From the IMG/VR virus record IMGVR_UViG_3300032214_001346, positions 29,413 through 93,412 of that record: a stretch of DNA of 64,000 bases; one strand, written 5' to 3'. The first letter of the stretch is position 1. Every line of letters begins with the position of its first letter. Under the pieces are notes generated by a model, which was given only the letters and a program-made list of their open reading frames with translations, did no database searches and was not told the origin of the DNA. Shown here one piece after another: positions 9,559 to 19,014 of this stretch. The position numbers and the translations under genes were made by a program. This DNA comes from a virus.

Positions 9559-10049
9559 TCGTTAGCCCAAATAAAATTAATCCCAGCGTTTTTGGCGCAT
9601 TGCTCATCTTCTACCCTGTCTCCCACCATTAAAGCATCTTCCAATGGCAATGAACAGCAATCTTCAATGAACTGCATAAGCATACCTGGGGAAGGTTTAC
9701 GATAATTGCGCCCTGGCTTTAAATTAACTACATTTCCGTGTGGATAGCATCTATACCCATTGCTACCGTCAAAAGTAGTACAGAAATTAATACATTGTAG
9801 TTGTGGTAATAATTGCATTGTGTACATTTGTTCTTTGATGCAGCTATTTAATGTCTTTTTACGCGCTTCTACACCTGCTTGGTTAGTCACCCCTACAATA
9901 GTCCAGTCTGAATATCGGGTTATTGTTTCTCCTACCCCAGGTATTAATTCTTGATCGTAAGGGTCGTTAATAAATGTTGCCCCTGATTTAGTTTGCCGTA
10001 CAGTGCCGTCTAAATCTAAGAATAAAATTTTACTCATTGGCTTCTCCAT
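9549..10049 (-). CDS. HAD-superfamily IIIA phosphatase (GmhB/PNKP-like)
   Basis: FLDLDGT, VTNQAG, RKPSPGML, MVGDR..D motifs. Confidence 0.88.
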   Translation of the reverse strand: MEKPMSKILFLDLDGTVRQTKSGATFINDPYDQELIPGVGETITRYSDWTIVGVTNQAGVEARKKTLNSCIKEQMYTMQLLPQLQCINFCTTFDGSNGYRCYPHGNVVNLKPGRNYRKPSPGMLMQFIEDCCSLPLEDALMVGDRVEDEQCAKNAGINFIWANDWR

Positions 10050-10407
10050 TAACTAAATTTAGTCTCTTTTGCCGTCCTACTGCTTTGTAATGCCCAAATT
10101 CTTTAATCTGGATGTCTTTCTCAGAGACTCCAAATTCTTGGGCTTTTTCTTGTTCATGCAGCTTGACTACTTGCTGTTCCTGTCTCCAAAGGGATGCGAT
10201 CGCCATTTCCAGTCCTTCTCCCATGCCCACGCCGTAGCAAGCAATCACTCTTAAAAGTTTACGCTTAAGTTCAGCAGGGACTTTGGCGCGTACTTCCCGT
10301 CTAGCATCGTCCACAACTTTGCGTCCGTTAATCATGCCTCGATCAGGATGTGCTGCAATATCAGCTTGCAATTGTTCTCTTGTTTCTGGTTTTTCGCGTT
10401 TAGTCAT
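10030..10407 (-). CDS. Hypothetical protein (RHH-like core)
   Basis: ORF; EVRAKVPAELKRKL. Confidence 0.55.
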   Translation of the reverse strand: MTKREKPETREQLQADIAAHPDRGMINGRKVVDDARREVRAKVPAELKRKLLRVIACYGVGMGEGLEMAIASLWRQEQQVVKLHEQEKAQEFGVSEKDIQIKEFGHYKAVGRQKRLNLVNGEANE

Positions 10408-10538
10408 TTATTCACCTAATTATTCTTCTTTCACTAATAGCACACTAATAGCGGAATATGCTATTTTTATTTTAAATCCTCCTAGAAGCTGAAACCAACT
10501 AGGAGGATATTGACCCCGTACACAGGAGCTAATAAATT

Positions 10539-10781
10539 ATGGCACGAGTTAAGGTGATTGAGGATATTTTACCGAAACAAGAAGCGAGAAAAGCCGGTTT
10601 TTCCCCAGAATGCCACGGATACCAGAATTTCTGCATTAATTACATTGACAGGAAAATCAACGAATACTATCAAGGGACTGGGATTCAGCCGCCAACATTA
10701 TCCACAATCCAAGCTTGGTTTTATAAAGACAACATCCCAGACTGGGCTGTGGTCATGTTCAAAAAAAACTTGCTAGTCTAA
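10539..10781 (+). CDS. Small putative DNA-binding protein
   Basis: AGGAG RBS; PTLSTIQAWF HTH-like segment. Confidence 0.55.
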   Translation: MARVKVIEDILPKQEARKAGFSPECHGYQNFCINYIDRKINEYYQGTGIQPPTLSTIQAWFYKDNIPDWAVVMFKKNLLV

Positions 10782-10908
10782 CACCCCTTTAAATAGAAGT
10801 CAATGATTTATGGGATTTACCAGATATCTATTGACGCTCTATTAGAGGGGTTTTATATTGAGGACATACCAGACATGACCCGGACATGAGACGGGAAAAC
10901 AATATGAG

Positions 10909-11178
10909 ATGAATCTACCAAAGTTAAGTCGTAAAGAAGCGGGTGATCGTTTAGGAGTAGGAGAAAGACAGGTACAGCGATATTTAAAAGTTGCGGTTCA
11001 GTATTTAAGTTCATTTAGTTCTTTTATTGACCCAGTAACAAACCAGTTAAACGGTAGCCCACTTACTGAAAAAGAAGTTAGCAATTTAGAGGAAATACAA
11101 GCTTTACTACGTAAGTACAAAAACTCTAAAAAAAGTAAAGAACAAATAGCAAGTGAGTTAAGCAATGGCAAACATTGA
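10909..11178 (+). CDS. HTH DNA-binding protein
   Basis: LSRKEAGDRLGVGERQVQRYL. Confidence 0.7.
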   Translation: MNLPKLSRKEAGDRLGVGERQVQRYLKVAVQYLSSFSSFIDPVTNQLNGSPLTEKEVSNLEEIQALLRKYKNSKKSKEQIASELSNGKH

Positions 11179-11326
11179 AGTAGTAGTCCTAATCCGTAAA
11201 TTAGAAAATGACGGTAGCTACACTGAGTGGCAAGCAAGACCCGGTTTTAACGCATTTAACGCTAAAGCAAAGAAAGAAATTCAACAAATGATAGGAGTCA
11301 CAGGAGCTAATTATGAACGTATTTGA
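11165..11326 (+). CDS. Small hypothetical protein (53 aa, not in ORF track)
   Basis: MANIEVVVLIRKLENDGSYTEWQARPGF... overlaps both neighbours in operon fashion. Confidence 0.45.
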   Translation: MANIEVVVLIRKLENDGSYTEWQARPGFNAFNAKAKKEIQQMIGVTGANYERI

Positions 11327-11882
11327 TTTGATTAAGCAGTATCTAAAGAATCCCATTTCTGATGAACAATTAGCAGTAAAAGCTGAGTCTATCGCTAATG
11401 AAGTGGGAATTAATTTGGCTAGTATTTACAACGCAGAAGCTAACACATTTGATGAAGCTACTGCTAGATTTATTGCCGAAGAAGTGGATAAAGCTAATAA
11501 TTTACCTGCTGTCGTTAATAATGACACTCAGTTAGCGACAACAGAACCCAAAAAGAAGGGTAAAAAAAGCGAGATTAGTAACACCAATATGCCCAATGCA
11601 AATGGTGTTGAAGCACTAAGACCTGCTGTTCAGAATTTGAAAACAGCAGTTGAGTCTGAAACTAAAGAAATCATCCAAGTATTTGATAGTAACTGTGGAA
11701 GAGTTGAGAGTGCGGTAACAGCTAAAATTATGCAACGCTGCCAACAAATCAACCCAAATATCATTGCTAAAGTGTCCAGTGAGTTGGAGGGATACACAAA
11801 TCAGTCTGCATCCTTTCGCCAACAGATTGGATCAATCTTCGATGAGGCTTTTGAAGATATCATCAATTTTGAAGCCGTCTAA
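11313..11882 (+). CDS. Hypothetical alpha-helical protein
   Basis: ORF with AGGAG RBS. Confidence 0.65.
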   Translation: MNVFDLIKQYLKNPISDEQLAVKAESIANEVGINLASIYNAEANTFDEATARFIAEEVDKANNLPAVVNNDTQLATTEPKKKGKKSEISNTNMPNANGVEALRPAVQNLKTAVESETKEIIQVFDSNCGRVESAVTAKIMQRCQQINPNIIAKVSSELEGYTNQSASFRQQIGSIFDEAFEDIINFEAV

Positions 11883-12021
11883 TTGGATGATTGCAGCAGT
11901 ATTTATTCAGTTCTTTATTCTATCAGGAATAGTGGTTTATGCAATTTCCCAGCCACCTAGAAATACAGGAGGAAGTAATCAGTCCACAACCAGTGGAACT
12001 TACGTACAAGCCCAGCGGTGA
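11842..12021 (+). CDS. Small single-pass membrane protein
   Basis: WMIAAVFIQFFILSGIVVYAI hydrophobic helix. Confidence 0.45.
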   Translation: MRLLKISSILKPSNWMIAAVFIQFFILSGIVVYAISQPPRNTGGSNQSTTSGTYVQAQR

Positions 12022-12304
12022 ATTTACTTTAAAGGGTTCTCCTGCGCTCAATGCAATTGATAGATTGATAATTTCATCGGACTATCACAAAGACCAAGAC
12101 CGTCGCCTCAAGTCAGAGTTAGAGCAACGCATAAGCGATGAAGCCAAAATGACAAATGCCATGACTATTACCTTTTTAGGCTTGGCAACATTAACTTTAA
12201 TCCTCTGTGCATTTTTAAGCATTAACAAATCAACTAACCAGGAGCATAAACAATGTTTGACAACATTTTCGCCGGACTCGCAACTCAAGAAAAGACACAA
12301 TTAA
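11939..12304 (+). CDS. Membrane-anchored hypothetical protein
   Basis: ITFLGLATLTLILCAFLSI transmembrane helix. Confidence 0.55.
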   Translation: MQFPSHLEIQEEVISPQPVELTYKPSGEFTLKGSPALNAIDRLIISSDYHKDQDRRLKSELEQRISDEAKMTNAMTITFLGLATLTLILCAFLSINKSTNQEHKQCLTTFSPDSQLKKRHN

Positions 12305-12690
12305 CTGGGATGGGCGCTGATGTCACAAAAATTGGTGATATGGGTGCATCGCTAACTAGAATCAAGGAAACCATGAAGTTGCCAGCAGGAGTTTCCGCTC
12401 AACAAGTCCTTCAAGAAGCTAGAAACACTGGGGAAATAGAAGCCCAGTTGGCACTGGCTAAAGATATTGCAACTAGCAGAAGTCAGCAGATGGATCAGTT
12501 GGTGAGACTTCATGAAATAAATGTTCAGCACACGCAGAAAGTGATGCAAGTTGATGAACGTCTAAGAAGTATCCAGGCTAATCACGGCAAAGCTGTGTCT
12601 AGGTATCAATTAGGCGCGGCGGAAACTCAAGTTAATTTAGACGGGTTTCAAACAGTCTACGAAGTTCAAGCAAAGGAAATATTTTCATGA
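12253..12690 (+). CDS. Coiled-coil hypothetical protein
   Basis: AGGAG RBS; Q/E-rich helical sequence. Confidence 0.65.
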   Translation: MFDNIFAGLATQEKTQLTGMGADVTKIGDMGASLTRIKETMKLPAGVSAQQVLQEARNTGEIEAQLALAKDIATSRSQQMDQLVRLHEINVQHTQKVMQVDERLRSIQANHGKAVSRYQLGAAETQVNLDGFQTVYEVQAKEIFS

Positions 12691-13169
12691 TTTTTAAGAG
12701 GAATAGTGAAGCGGACGCTACCCTATTCCAATTCTTTAATAAAGTTGGTTGGGGCGTGCTTTTATACAATGCTTACACCCTTTACCCCTACTTTTATGAC
12801 TTATTAAAGAGTGCGGAATATTGGCAAAGAATATTTGCAAGTGCTGTAGCAGTGGCTTTGATTTTGGGGATTGAATTGTCAGTAACGACAGTTATATTTG
12901 ATCCTAAAATGCTAATCAAAGTGTTAACAAAGCCTAAAGCAGATCAGGAAGTAAAGAAGATATTTGATACAGTTTTTTTTGTAGGATTAATAATTTTTCT
13001 GCTCGTAGCATCTTACACATTTTGGACTGATTATCAAATCAATTTGAAGCAATTAGGCAATCCTTCTGCTATGTTTTTAAGGGTTCTTTGTGGAGTATTT
13101 GTTGTTGGTAGCGAATTGGCTTTTGGCTGTGCAAATGTATTTGATTTAGCAAGTAAGGAGAATGATTAA
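12687..13169 (+). CDS. Multi-pass membrane protein
   Basis: About four hydrophobic segments. Confidence 0.7.
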   Translation: MIFKRNSEADATLFQFFNKVGWGVLLYNAYTLYPYFYDLLKSAEYWQRIFASAVAVALILGIELSVTTVIFDPKMLIKVLTKPKADQEVKKIFDTVFFVGLIIFLLVASYTFWTDYQINLKQLGNPSAMFLRVLCGVFVVGSELAFGCANVFDLASKEND

Positions 13170-13170
13170 A

Positions 13171-13266
13171 ATGCCAGTAACAGATATCAAAAGTGTAATC
13201 ACAATATTACTAATTGCATTGTTCTTAAGCATGATTTTGTATTTGCAATATGACATGAGGAGGTAA
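13171..13266 (+). CDS. 31-aa membrane peptide (not in ORF track)
   Basis: MPVTDIKSVITILLIALFLSMILYLQYDMRR; fills the gap between two genes exactly. Confidence 0.5.
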   Translation: MPVTDIKSVITILLIALFLSMILYLQYDMRR

Positions 13267-13557
13267 GTGATGAATAAGTTATTGTATGGCGGTTTACTAT
13301 TTTGTGGGTATGCAACTTTCCAGCTTTTAGGCTTTTTAATAAAAGCTTATCCTTCTACTGCCGGCGGTGCGATCGCACTGATTCTTTTAGGATTGTTATT
13401 GATACTAATTGCTGGTTTTAATAATTGGTTAGGGTTGTATCACAGATATCACGGAGCAATGAGTAAAAACTTAACTTTAGTGGGGTTTGCCCCTATTTAC
13501 ATCTTTGGTGGTTTAGTTCTATTTGCAGTCATGGTAGGTTTATATGCAGCATCTTAA
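13267..13557 (+). CDS. Three-helix membrane protein
   Basis: Hydrophobic helices; GAGGAGG RBS. Confidence 0.65.
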   Translation: MMNKLLYGGLLFCGYATFQLLGFLIKAYPSTAGGAIALILLGLLLILIAGFNNWLGLYHRYHGAMSKNLTLVGFAPIYIFGGLVLFAVMVGLYAAS

Positions 13558-14050
13558 CTCAATTTTAAAACGCTTAGAAGCCTTGTCTTCTGAATACCCT
13601 GAACATATCATACTTGATGATTATTGGCTAGATGATCTATGCGATAGTTTGGTGACACAAAAACAAAACTCAAGTCAAAACCAGCGTTTTCAACTAATAG
13701 TAACTGGGGAATTTTGTATTGGTAAATCAGCATTGATTGAGATAATTCAAGAGAGAACTGGTTTACATGGAGACGACATTTTGGAAAGACAAAGACCGTT
13801 TGATGACGGACTCACTAAAAAACAGCGAGAAAACATCTCTTTTATTGCCATGGGTACTCGCGTGATGAGGTACTTCTTGTGCAGCCTTAATTACTGGGAT
13901 ATCAAACCAGAATTAGGCTTGCTGTTTGAAAAAGCATGGGATTTGCTTGACAACAAATATATTCCTTGTGCATTGGTAATTCCTACAAACAAGGACCCTT
14001 ACATAACATTAGCTCTTAACTTACCAAAACCTTCTTATGCAGCATCATAG
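13544..14050 (+). CDS. Miniaturised, degenerate paralogue of the downstream ATPase
   Basis: LSSEYPEHIILDDYWLDDLC vs LASQYPEYVRIDDEWVDELC; GEFCIGKS vs GETQSGKS; ALVIPT vs ALVVPT. Confidence 0.65.
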   Translation: MQHLNSILKRLEALSSEYPEHIILDDYWLDDLCDSLVTQKQNSSQNQRFQLIVTGEFCIGKSALIEIIQERTGLHGDDILERQRPFDDGLTKKQRENISFIAMGTRVMRYFLCSLNYWDIKPELGLLFEKAWDLLDNKYIPCALVIPTNKDPYITLALNLPKPSYAAS

Positions 14051-15608
14051 TAACCCATTTTCAAAAGATAAAGACATTTATTCCAAGTTGATAAATGTTG
14101 AGCGGGTTTTAATGGGAACTCTTGCAGCTACAGCAATAGCAGGTACGTTTACCCCAGTGATATTTGCCCCAAACTTAAATAGTGAAGTTAAGCTAATTCA
14201 ACAGTTACTTGGGCTTTTTTCAGGTGCGTGTTTTACCGCTGAAGTCTACCGACGCAAGCATAAAGAGAAGTTCTACAAGTCTATTGAAGATGCTAGTCAC
14301 GCTATTATCAAAGAGGAACTCAAAGGCACGTTTACCTTTGAACAATGCAAGAATGCTATTCAATCTAAGCGTGAGTTGGCAGGGTACATAAATGGACTTC
14401 CAGAAATGGAACGACCCCGCTGGATGCAATCTTATGGGTTACAAGGCTTAGTTGAGTTGCCACAAGTACAGCAAGCGGTTATTGATGAGCCTAGACAGTT
14501 ACCAGGTTCTCGTGCCGTGGCTAATCCTGAAATAGCGACAGTGGATGAAAAGATGGTTCAATCAATTATCAATCCCAGCACCCGACAATTACTGGAAGAA
14601 TTAGCGTCTCAGTATCCTGAATATGTACGGATAGATGATGAATGGGTTGATGAATTGTGTGAAAGTTCCGCTAGACAGAAGATGAGCGAACGTGCTAACC
14701 ACCACTTTAGCTTTTGGGGTGAAACTCAGTCAGGAAAGTCTACTTTAGCAGGTGTTTTTATCAATAAGATTGCTGCTAAGTCACAAGGACCAGCTTATGT
14801 GTTTGGTTCAGACCCTAAGAACTATTTAACAGCTTGGTTGTGTAAATTTAGCCGCAAGTTTGATGGTTTCAAAACCAATCTAGATCAATGGGTTACGTTT
14901 GCCACAAAAGTTATAGATGCACGTCAGGATGAGTTTAAAAACAACCGCAAGGGTGAAGGATTAGGTGAAATATTCCTGATTCAAGATGAAGTTAATGTGG
15001 TATTTGGTGAAGGGAAAGGACTTGTTGGACAAGTGCCGAAAGACACAGCAATGAACCTTTGTGCTATGTGGAATTATATTATTAACTTCACCGCTGCTAT
15101 GAAGATTCACGGTATTTTTATGGGACAAAACCCATTGAGTACCTACACTGGTTTTAGTCGTCCTGCGCTTAAAAATATCTGCTTTTTGGCACTAGGTAAA
15201 GTGTCTAATTACGTTTTAACTAAGATGCCGGAACTCTTAAACGTGAAGTCAGAAATATCTGATTTGTTTAGTCAAGTGTGTGAACTTTTAGACAAAGAAC
15301 AGGTGAGATACGCCTTAGTAGTCCCTACCCGTGGTAGTCCTTTTATTGCTTTGATTCCTGTATTTGATATTGATGCAATGGAACAAACTAGTGGTGATCA
15401 AAGTGAAGATGAGGGTGAAGCCCAACCGCAGGAAAACACAGCGGACTATTATCAAATATTGACTAAATGGTGCAAGGAAGTCTTGAAAAGGCAACCTACA
15501 GCAGATGAGTTAAAAGCAGCATGGAAACATTTAACCCAACAGGAATTAAACGATAAAGGTGTTGAGTTATTAATGGCGAAATTAAAGGAGGGACTGGAAG
15601 ATGAGTAA
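14037..15608 (+). CDS. Membrane-anchored P-loop ATPase, FtsK/HerA/TraB-like
   Basis: Two N-terminal hydrophobic helices, Walker A GETQSGKS, Walker B FLIQDE, sensor-like FMGQ. Confidence 0.7.
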   Translation: MQHHSNPFSKDKDIYSKLINVERVLMGTLAATAIAGTFTPVIFAPNLNSEVKLIQQLLGLFSGACFTAEVYRRKHKEKFYKSIEDASHAIIKEELKGTFTFEQCKNAIQSKRELAGYINGLPEMERPRWMQSYGLQGLVELPQVQQAVIDEPRQLPGSRAVANPEIATVDEKMVQSIINPSTRQLLEELASQYPEYVRIDDEWVDELCESSARQKMSERANHHFSFWGETQSGKSTLAGVFINKIAAKSQGPAYVFGSDPKNYLTAWLCKFSRKFDGFKTNLDQWVTFATKVIDARQDEFKNNRKGEGLGEIFLIQDEVNVVFGEGKGLVGQVPKDTAMNLCAMWNYIINFTAAMKIHGIFMGQNPLSTYTGFSRPALKNICFLALGKVSNYVLTKMPELLNVKSEISDLFSQVCELLDKEQVRYALVVPTRGSPFIALIPVFDIDAMEQTSGDQSEDEGEAQPQENTADYYQILTKWCKEVLKRQPTADELKAAWKHLTQQELNDKGVELLMAKLKEGLEDE

Positions 15609-15804
15609 TCAGTTGAAAGGATTTGTGTTACAGGCTGATCAAGGATTGATTCACAGAGATACCAGCATTTTTAATGTTGTATTTACATCCAGGATTAGTG
15701 AAGCTTATCTATTTGATTCAGTACGAGAAATTGATGTGTTCAAAGCAGTAAGGGGACTACAATCAACGCCATTAATTTGTTATCAAATCCATCAGCAAAC
15801 ATGA
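15601..15804 (+). CDS. Hypothetical protein
   Basis: ORF coupled to the ATPase gene, followed by a hairpin. Confidence 0.5.
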   Translation: MSNQLKGFVLQADQGLIHRDTSIFNVVFTSRISEAYLFDSVREIDVFKAVRGLQSTPLICYQIHQQT

Positions 15805-15876
15805 TAAATAATTGCAGTCAAAAAGAGTATAAAATATCTATGTACTCTTTTTGAAAAATGCAGTTTAAGGGTTGCT

Positions 15877-16722
15877 ATGTCAAGTTATCAACAAGTATTA
15901 GACTTTTTAAAAGCACGAGGTGGAGTTGTTAATTTAAGAGAATTAAGACAATTTCCCAATAGTATTGTAGATACATTACATTTGCACCAATATATAGAAA
16001 TAACGGGAAAGATCGGCTGTCATGAAGTATGTTTAATTTGTGATAAATTTGAAGCTAAAGACGATAAAAAACCGCAACCAACCCAAACTATCATTAAGCA
16101 TAAAGAACCCCCTCAAATCCCAAAAAAAACTAAAGTAAAGCCTCAACCAAAAATTAGTAACAATGACAGACTTGAGCGTTGCCAACAAGTAAGAAATTCT
16201 ATCTTTAGTGAGATTAAAAATGCACATAAACCCATGTCTGCTATGGAGTTGAAAGATAAGTTTCCACAGATTAGACCTAGAGCGATCGCCTATCATTTAA
16301 AGAGATTAGAAAAGGAAAGTTTGGTATGTTCTATTGATTGGAATACACGGTTATGGACTAATACGGAAAGGGAGTGCCTACTTCATGAAATTATAGGTAC
16401 TTATATTGGTAGGTATGAAAACAAGAACGCTGTTTTAGATGTTTTGAAAAATGCAGATGAAGCAATGTCAGTGACAGGTATTTTACGTAAGTTACCACCA
16501 AATCAATGTAGCGGGACCACTTTAAGAAAGATATTAGAATTGTTCATCACAAGGGGTATAGTCAGGGCAGGAAGCTATGTCAAAAGTAATATTGTGTACT
16601 TTGCTCTTATTGATAATTCAATAGCTTTATCCCACTTAAATCAACTAATCAAATATAAGAAGAGAAGGTTAAATTCTCAGTTATCATTACCCCTCAAAAA
16701 CAGCTATGAAGACCATAACTAA
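15877..16722 (+). CDS. Tandem winged-helix protein (paralogue of 17758-18999)
   Basis: Shared FLK.RGGV.NLREL N-terminus; repeated wHTH units. Confidence 0.65.
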   Translation: MSSYQQVLDFLKARGGVVNLRELRQFPNSIVDTLHLHQYIEITGKIGCHEVCLICDKFEAKDDKKPQPTQTIIKHKEPPQIPKKTKVKPQPKISNNDRLERCQQVRNSIFSEIKNAHKPMSAMELKDKFPQIRPRAIAYHLKRLEKESLVCSIDWNTRLWTNTERECLLHEIIGTYIGRYENKNAVLDVLKNADEAMSVTGILRKLPPNQCSGTTLRKILELFITRGIVRAGSYVKSNIVYFALIDNSIALSHLNQLIKYKKRRLNSQLSLPLKNSYEDHN

Positions 16723-16856
16723 AGTCACTGTTAGTGAATTAATCAAAAGTGCTGTCAAGTCTTTAGACGCGCTTTCTCAGCATCCAGAATTAGCAGACAA
16801 TTCCACTGTTGAAACTGCTATTAATTTAGTTCTCAAATTAAAGGGTCAAGTCAAAT

Positions 16857-17078
16857 ATGAGTGAAATATCTTACGCATTGTGTCACGAATTTAAGCAAGC
16901 TAGGGATAACTTAGTCATTGATAAATTTCATGCTGTTCAGTCTTCCATTACTGTCAAGAAATGGTGGCAAATTGTTTTTAAAAACAGTGATGGATTAACA
17001 ACTATTAAGCACGGATTATCCCAAAAGAAGGCAGAAAAATTAGCTAATGAACTGAACAAATTAATTGATACTAAATAG
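16857..17078 (+). CDS. Hypothetical protein
   Basis: ORF in operon. Confidence 0.5.
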   Translation: MSEISYALCHEFKQARDNLVIDKFHAVQSSITVKKWWQIVFKNSDGLTTIKHGLSQKKAEKLANELNKLIDTK

Positions 17079-17115
17079 TAAAATACGATTATTATTTACT
17101 ATCAAAAAACCAGCA

Positions 17116-17514
17116 ATGTCTACCAAATACGAAAAGAAAAGTAAGTATCAGCAACGGAAAATGGCAGAGAAGAAAAAGATACAGAAGCAAAAAGTGGACT
17201 ACGATAAACGCTATGGTAGTTCTAGGAAATACCGGAAACAGTGTGCGATCGCCCATAAGTCAACCCATGGTTTATGTTGCGTATGTATGGTTAGAAAATC
17301 AGATGAGATACATCATGCTTACTATGGGAAAGATGCAATTGGGGAGTCTACATTTCCGGTTTGCTTATCTTGTCATCAATCTATCTGCCATAGCCCCAAG
17401 AATTGGATTAGAGACGGTAGCAATCCATTGTGGAAAAACAGGAATACTTCAGAATTTTTGCAGCGATTAAGATTAGGATATCAATTGCTCTATGAAGGCA
17501 TAAATCTGATATAA
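17116..17514 (+). CDS. HNH-type Zn-binding endonuclease-like protein (paralogue of 36333-36659)
   Basis: CCVC...IHHAYY...FPVCLSCH. Confidence 0.65.
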   Translation: MSTKYEKKSKYQQRKMAEKKKIQKQKVDYDKRYGSSRKYRKQCAIAHKSTHGLCCVCMVRKSDEIHHAYYGKDAIGESTFPVCLSCHQSICHSPKNWIRDGSNPLWKNRNTSEFLQRLRLGYQLLYEGINLI

Positions 17515-17753
17515 TTATTTCAACAGGAATTGATACATAAGGTCAAGATAGGTTTCCACAGCCTATCTTTTTTTGTGCTACAATAAAGGAGGTAGATGCT
17601 CATAAATAATAATGATGCAAGATCAAGATAGGTTTCCCATAGCCTATCTTTTTTATTAATTATTGTTATTTAAAAAATACTTTGATATAATAATATGATG
17701 ATAGGTTTTTTGAGGTTTACCTGTGACTTGATGGGGTCGTCCCCATCTTTTTT
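17510..17753 (+). ncRNA. Three tandem candidate small-RNA units (-10 box, short body, intrinsic terminator)
   Basis: TATAAT/TGCTACAAT boxes at 17510, 17576 and 17686; hairpin plus T-run at 17545-17574, 17625-17654 and 17730-17753. Confidence 0.5.
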
Positions 17754-17757
17754 GTTA

Positions 17758-18999
17758 TTAATTATTTAAAAAATAAAGAGTATGCCGTCCTTTAATGCAG
17801 GAATACAAAACTCCTGTGGACTTCATTTGTCGTAACACTCTGTGGATATGTGGAAGGGAGTAATCATTAATTAAGTCGCTTAAAATGCTTTGAGCGTGAT
17901 GGTTATTGTTTTTGATGGACTCAATAACTTGGTCCCTTAATGTGTATCCAGAAACTTTGTTTAGGCTTTCCATGGCGGAAGAATTAGACTTGAGGGCAAT
18001 ATGTAAAGAGTATCCGGTGCGCTTTAACTCAATTAGTCCTTTATTTTTTAGCTTGTGTATAACAACCCAAGCGGATTTACGTGGTATTTGGGATTGTGCG
18101 GATATACCACGAATCCCCAAAGCAATGCTAGTATTTTCTAACACGCTTAAAATTCTTTCAGCAACTTTCTGTGAACCGGGTCGGGGTGTCCAGTCCCCAA
18201 ATAGATGAGAGCGATCTGGGGTGGTGTAGTATTTGATATTATTCTTGGTAACACGACTACAGCACAAGACCCCTTTGCGGGCGAACAGTGATAAGTATGC
18301 AGATATGGTTTTGATGTTAGTGGATTCTGGTAATAGCGATCGCACTTGCTGTAATGTCATTGGCGAGTCGGAATCAACGACAATCTCTAGTACCCTGTGT
18401 TTTAGATTTATGTCTTTAGCTGTGGCTAATTTCTCTTTTAAAGCGGCTGCAGTGGCAGGAACGGGAATTGGTTCAGGTTTAGGTTTCTTGGGCTTTCTAT
18501 TCAATCCTGCCAGTAATTCTTTTCGGTCGGGCGTGGTGTAGTGCCTAAACATCTTTCTATTTTCACTGCAAACTATAATTCCGGCTTTAACAAGTGCTGA
18601 TAAGTAAGCGCAGATACTATCAGGATTACACTGGATTAGTTGTTCTTTAATCTCACTGGCTGTCACTGGATAATCAGCGTTTTTAATAACACTAAATATC
18701 TTGTTTTTCAGAGAGAAATCATTAGCCTCTCTCTTGGTTTTTTTCTTTTCTACCAACTTATTTTCAATGACTTGATGGTGCTTTCGTACTTCTTCTTTTG
18801 CTGTTATTCCATCATATTTCTTGGTGAATTTATCCAATAAAGTGACTTCAATGCCACTACTTCCCCGACTGACTTTGATGCATCCTTCTAACTGTAAAGC
18901 TTCAATATCTTTGCGGTTAAAGTGAGAAAGTTCGCGCAGGTTAATTACTCCTCCACGAACTTTAATAAAGTCTATAATTCCATTTTGGTTTATCAACAT
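17758..18999 (-). CDS. Multi-winged-helix DNA-binding protein
   Basis: Repeated units such as I.AYLS.L.K.G...CS......YTTPDR. Confidence 0.7.
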   Translation of the reverse strand: MLINQNGIIDFIKVRGGVINLRELSHFNRKDIEALQLEGCIKVSRGSSGIEVTLLDKFTKKYDGITAKEEVRKHHQVIENKLVEKKKTKREANDFSLKNKIFSVIKNADYPVTASEIKEQLIQCNPDSICAYLSALVKAGIIVCSENRKMFRHYTTPDRKELLAGLNRKPKKPKPEPIPVPATAAALKEKLATAKDINLKHRVLEIVVDSDSPMTLQQVRSLLPESTNIKTISAYLSLFARKGVLCCSRVTKNNIKYYTTPDRSHLFGDWTPRPGSQKVAERILSVLENTSIALGIRGISAQSQIPRKSAWVVIHKLKNKGLIELKRTGYSLHIALKSNSSAMESLNKVSGYTLRDQVIESIKNNNHHAQSILSDLINDYSLPHIHRVLRQMKSTGVLYSCIKGRHTLYFLNN

Positions 19000-19014
19000 C
19001 CGCTTACACCTGAT

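Noticed and set aside
10862-10896. GACCCGGA, resembling a Streptomyces TraB recognition octamer, among short GACAT repeats
   Set aside because: Single occurrence; more likely chance or an operator for the adjacent HTH gene.
17526-17540. Short complementarity between candidate sRNAs and antirepressor leaders
   Set aside because: Only ~12 nt with gaps in AT-rich DNA, not distinguishable from chance by eye.
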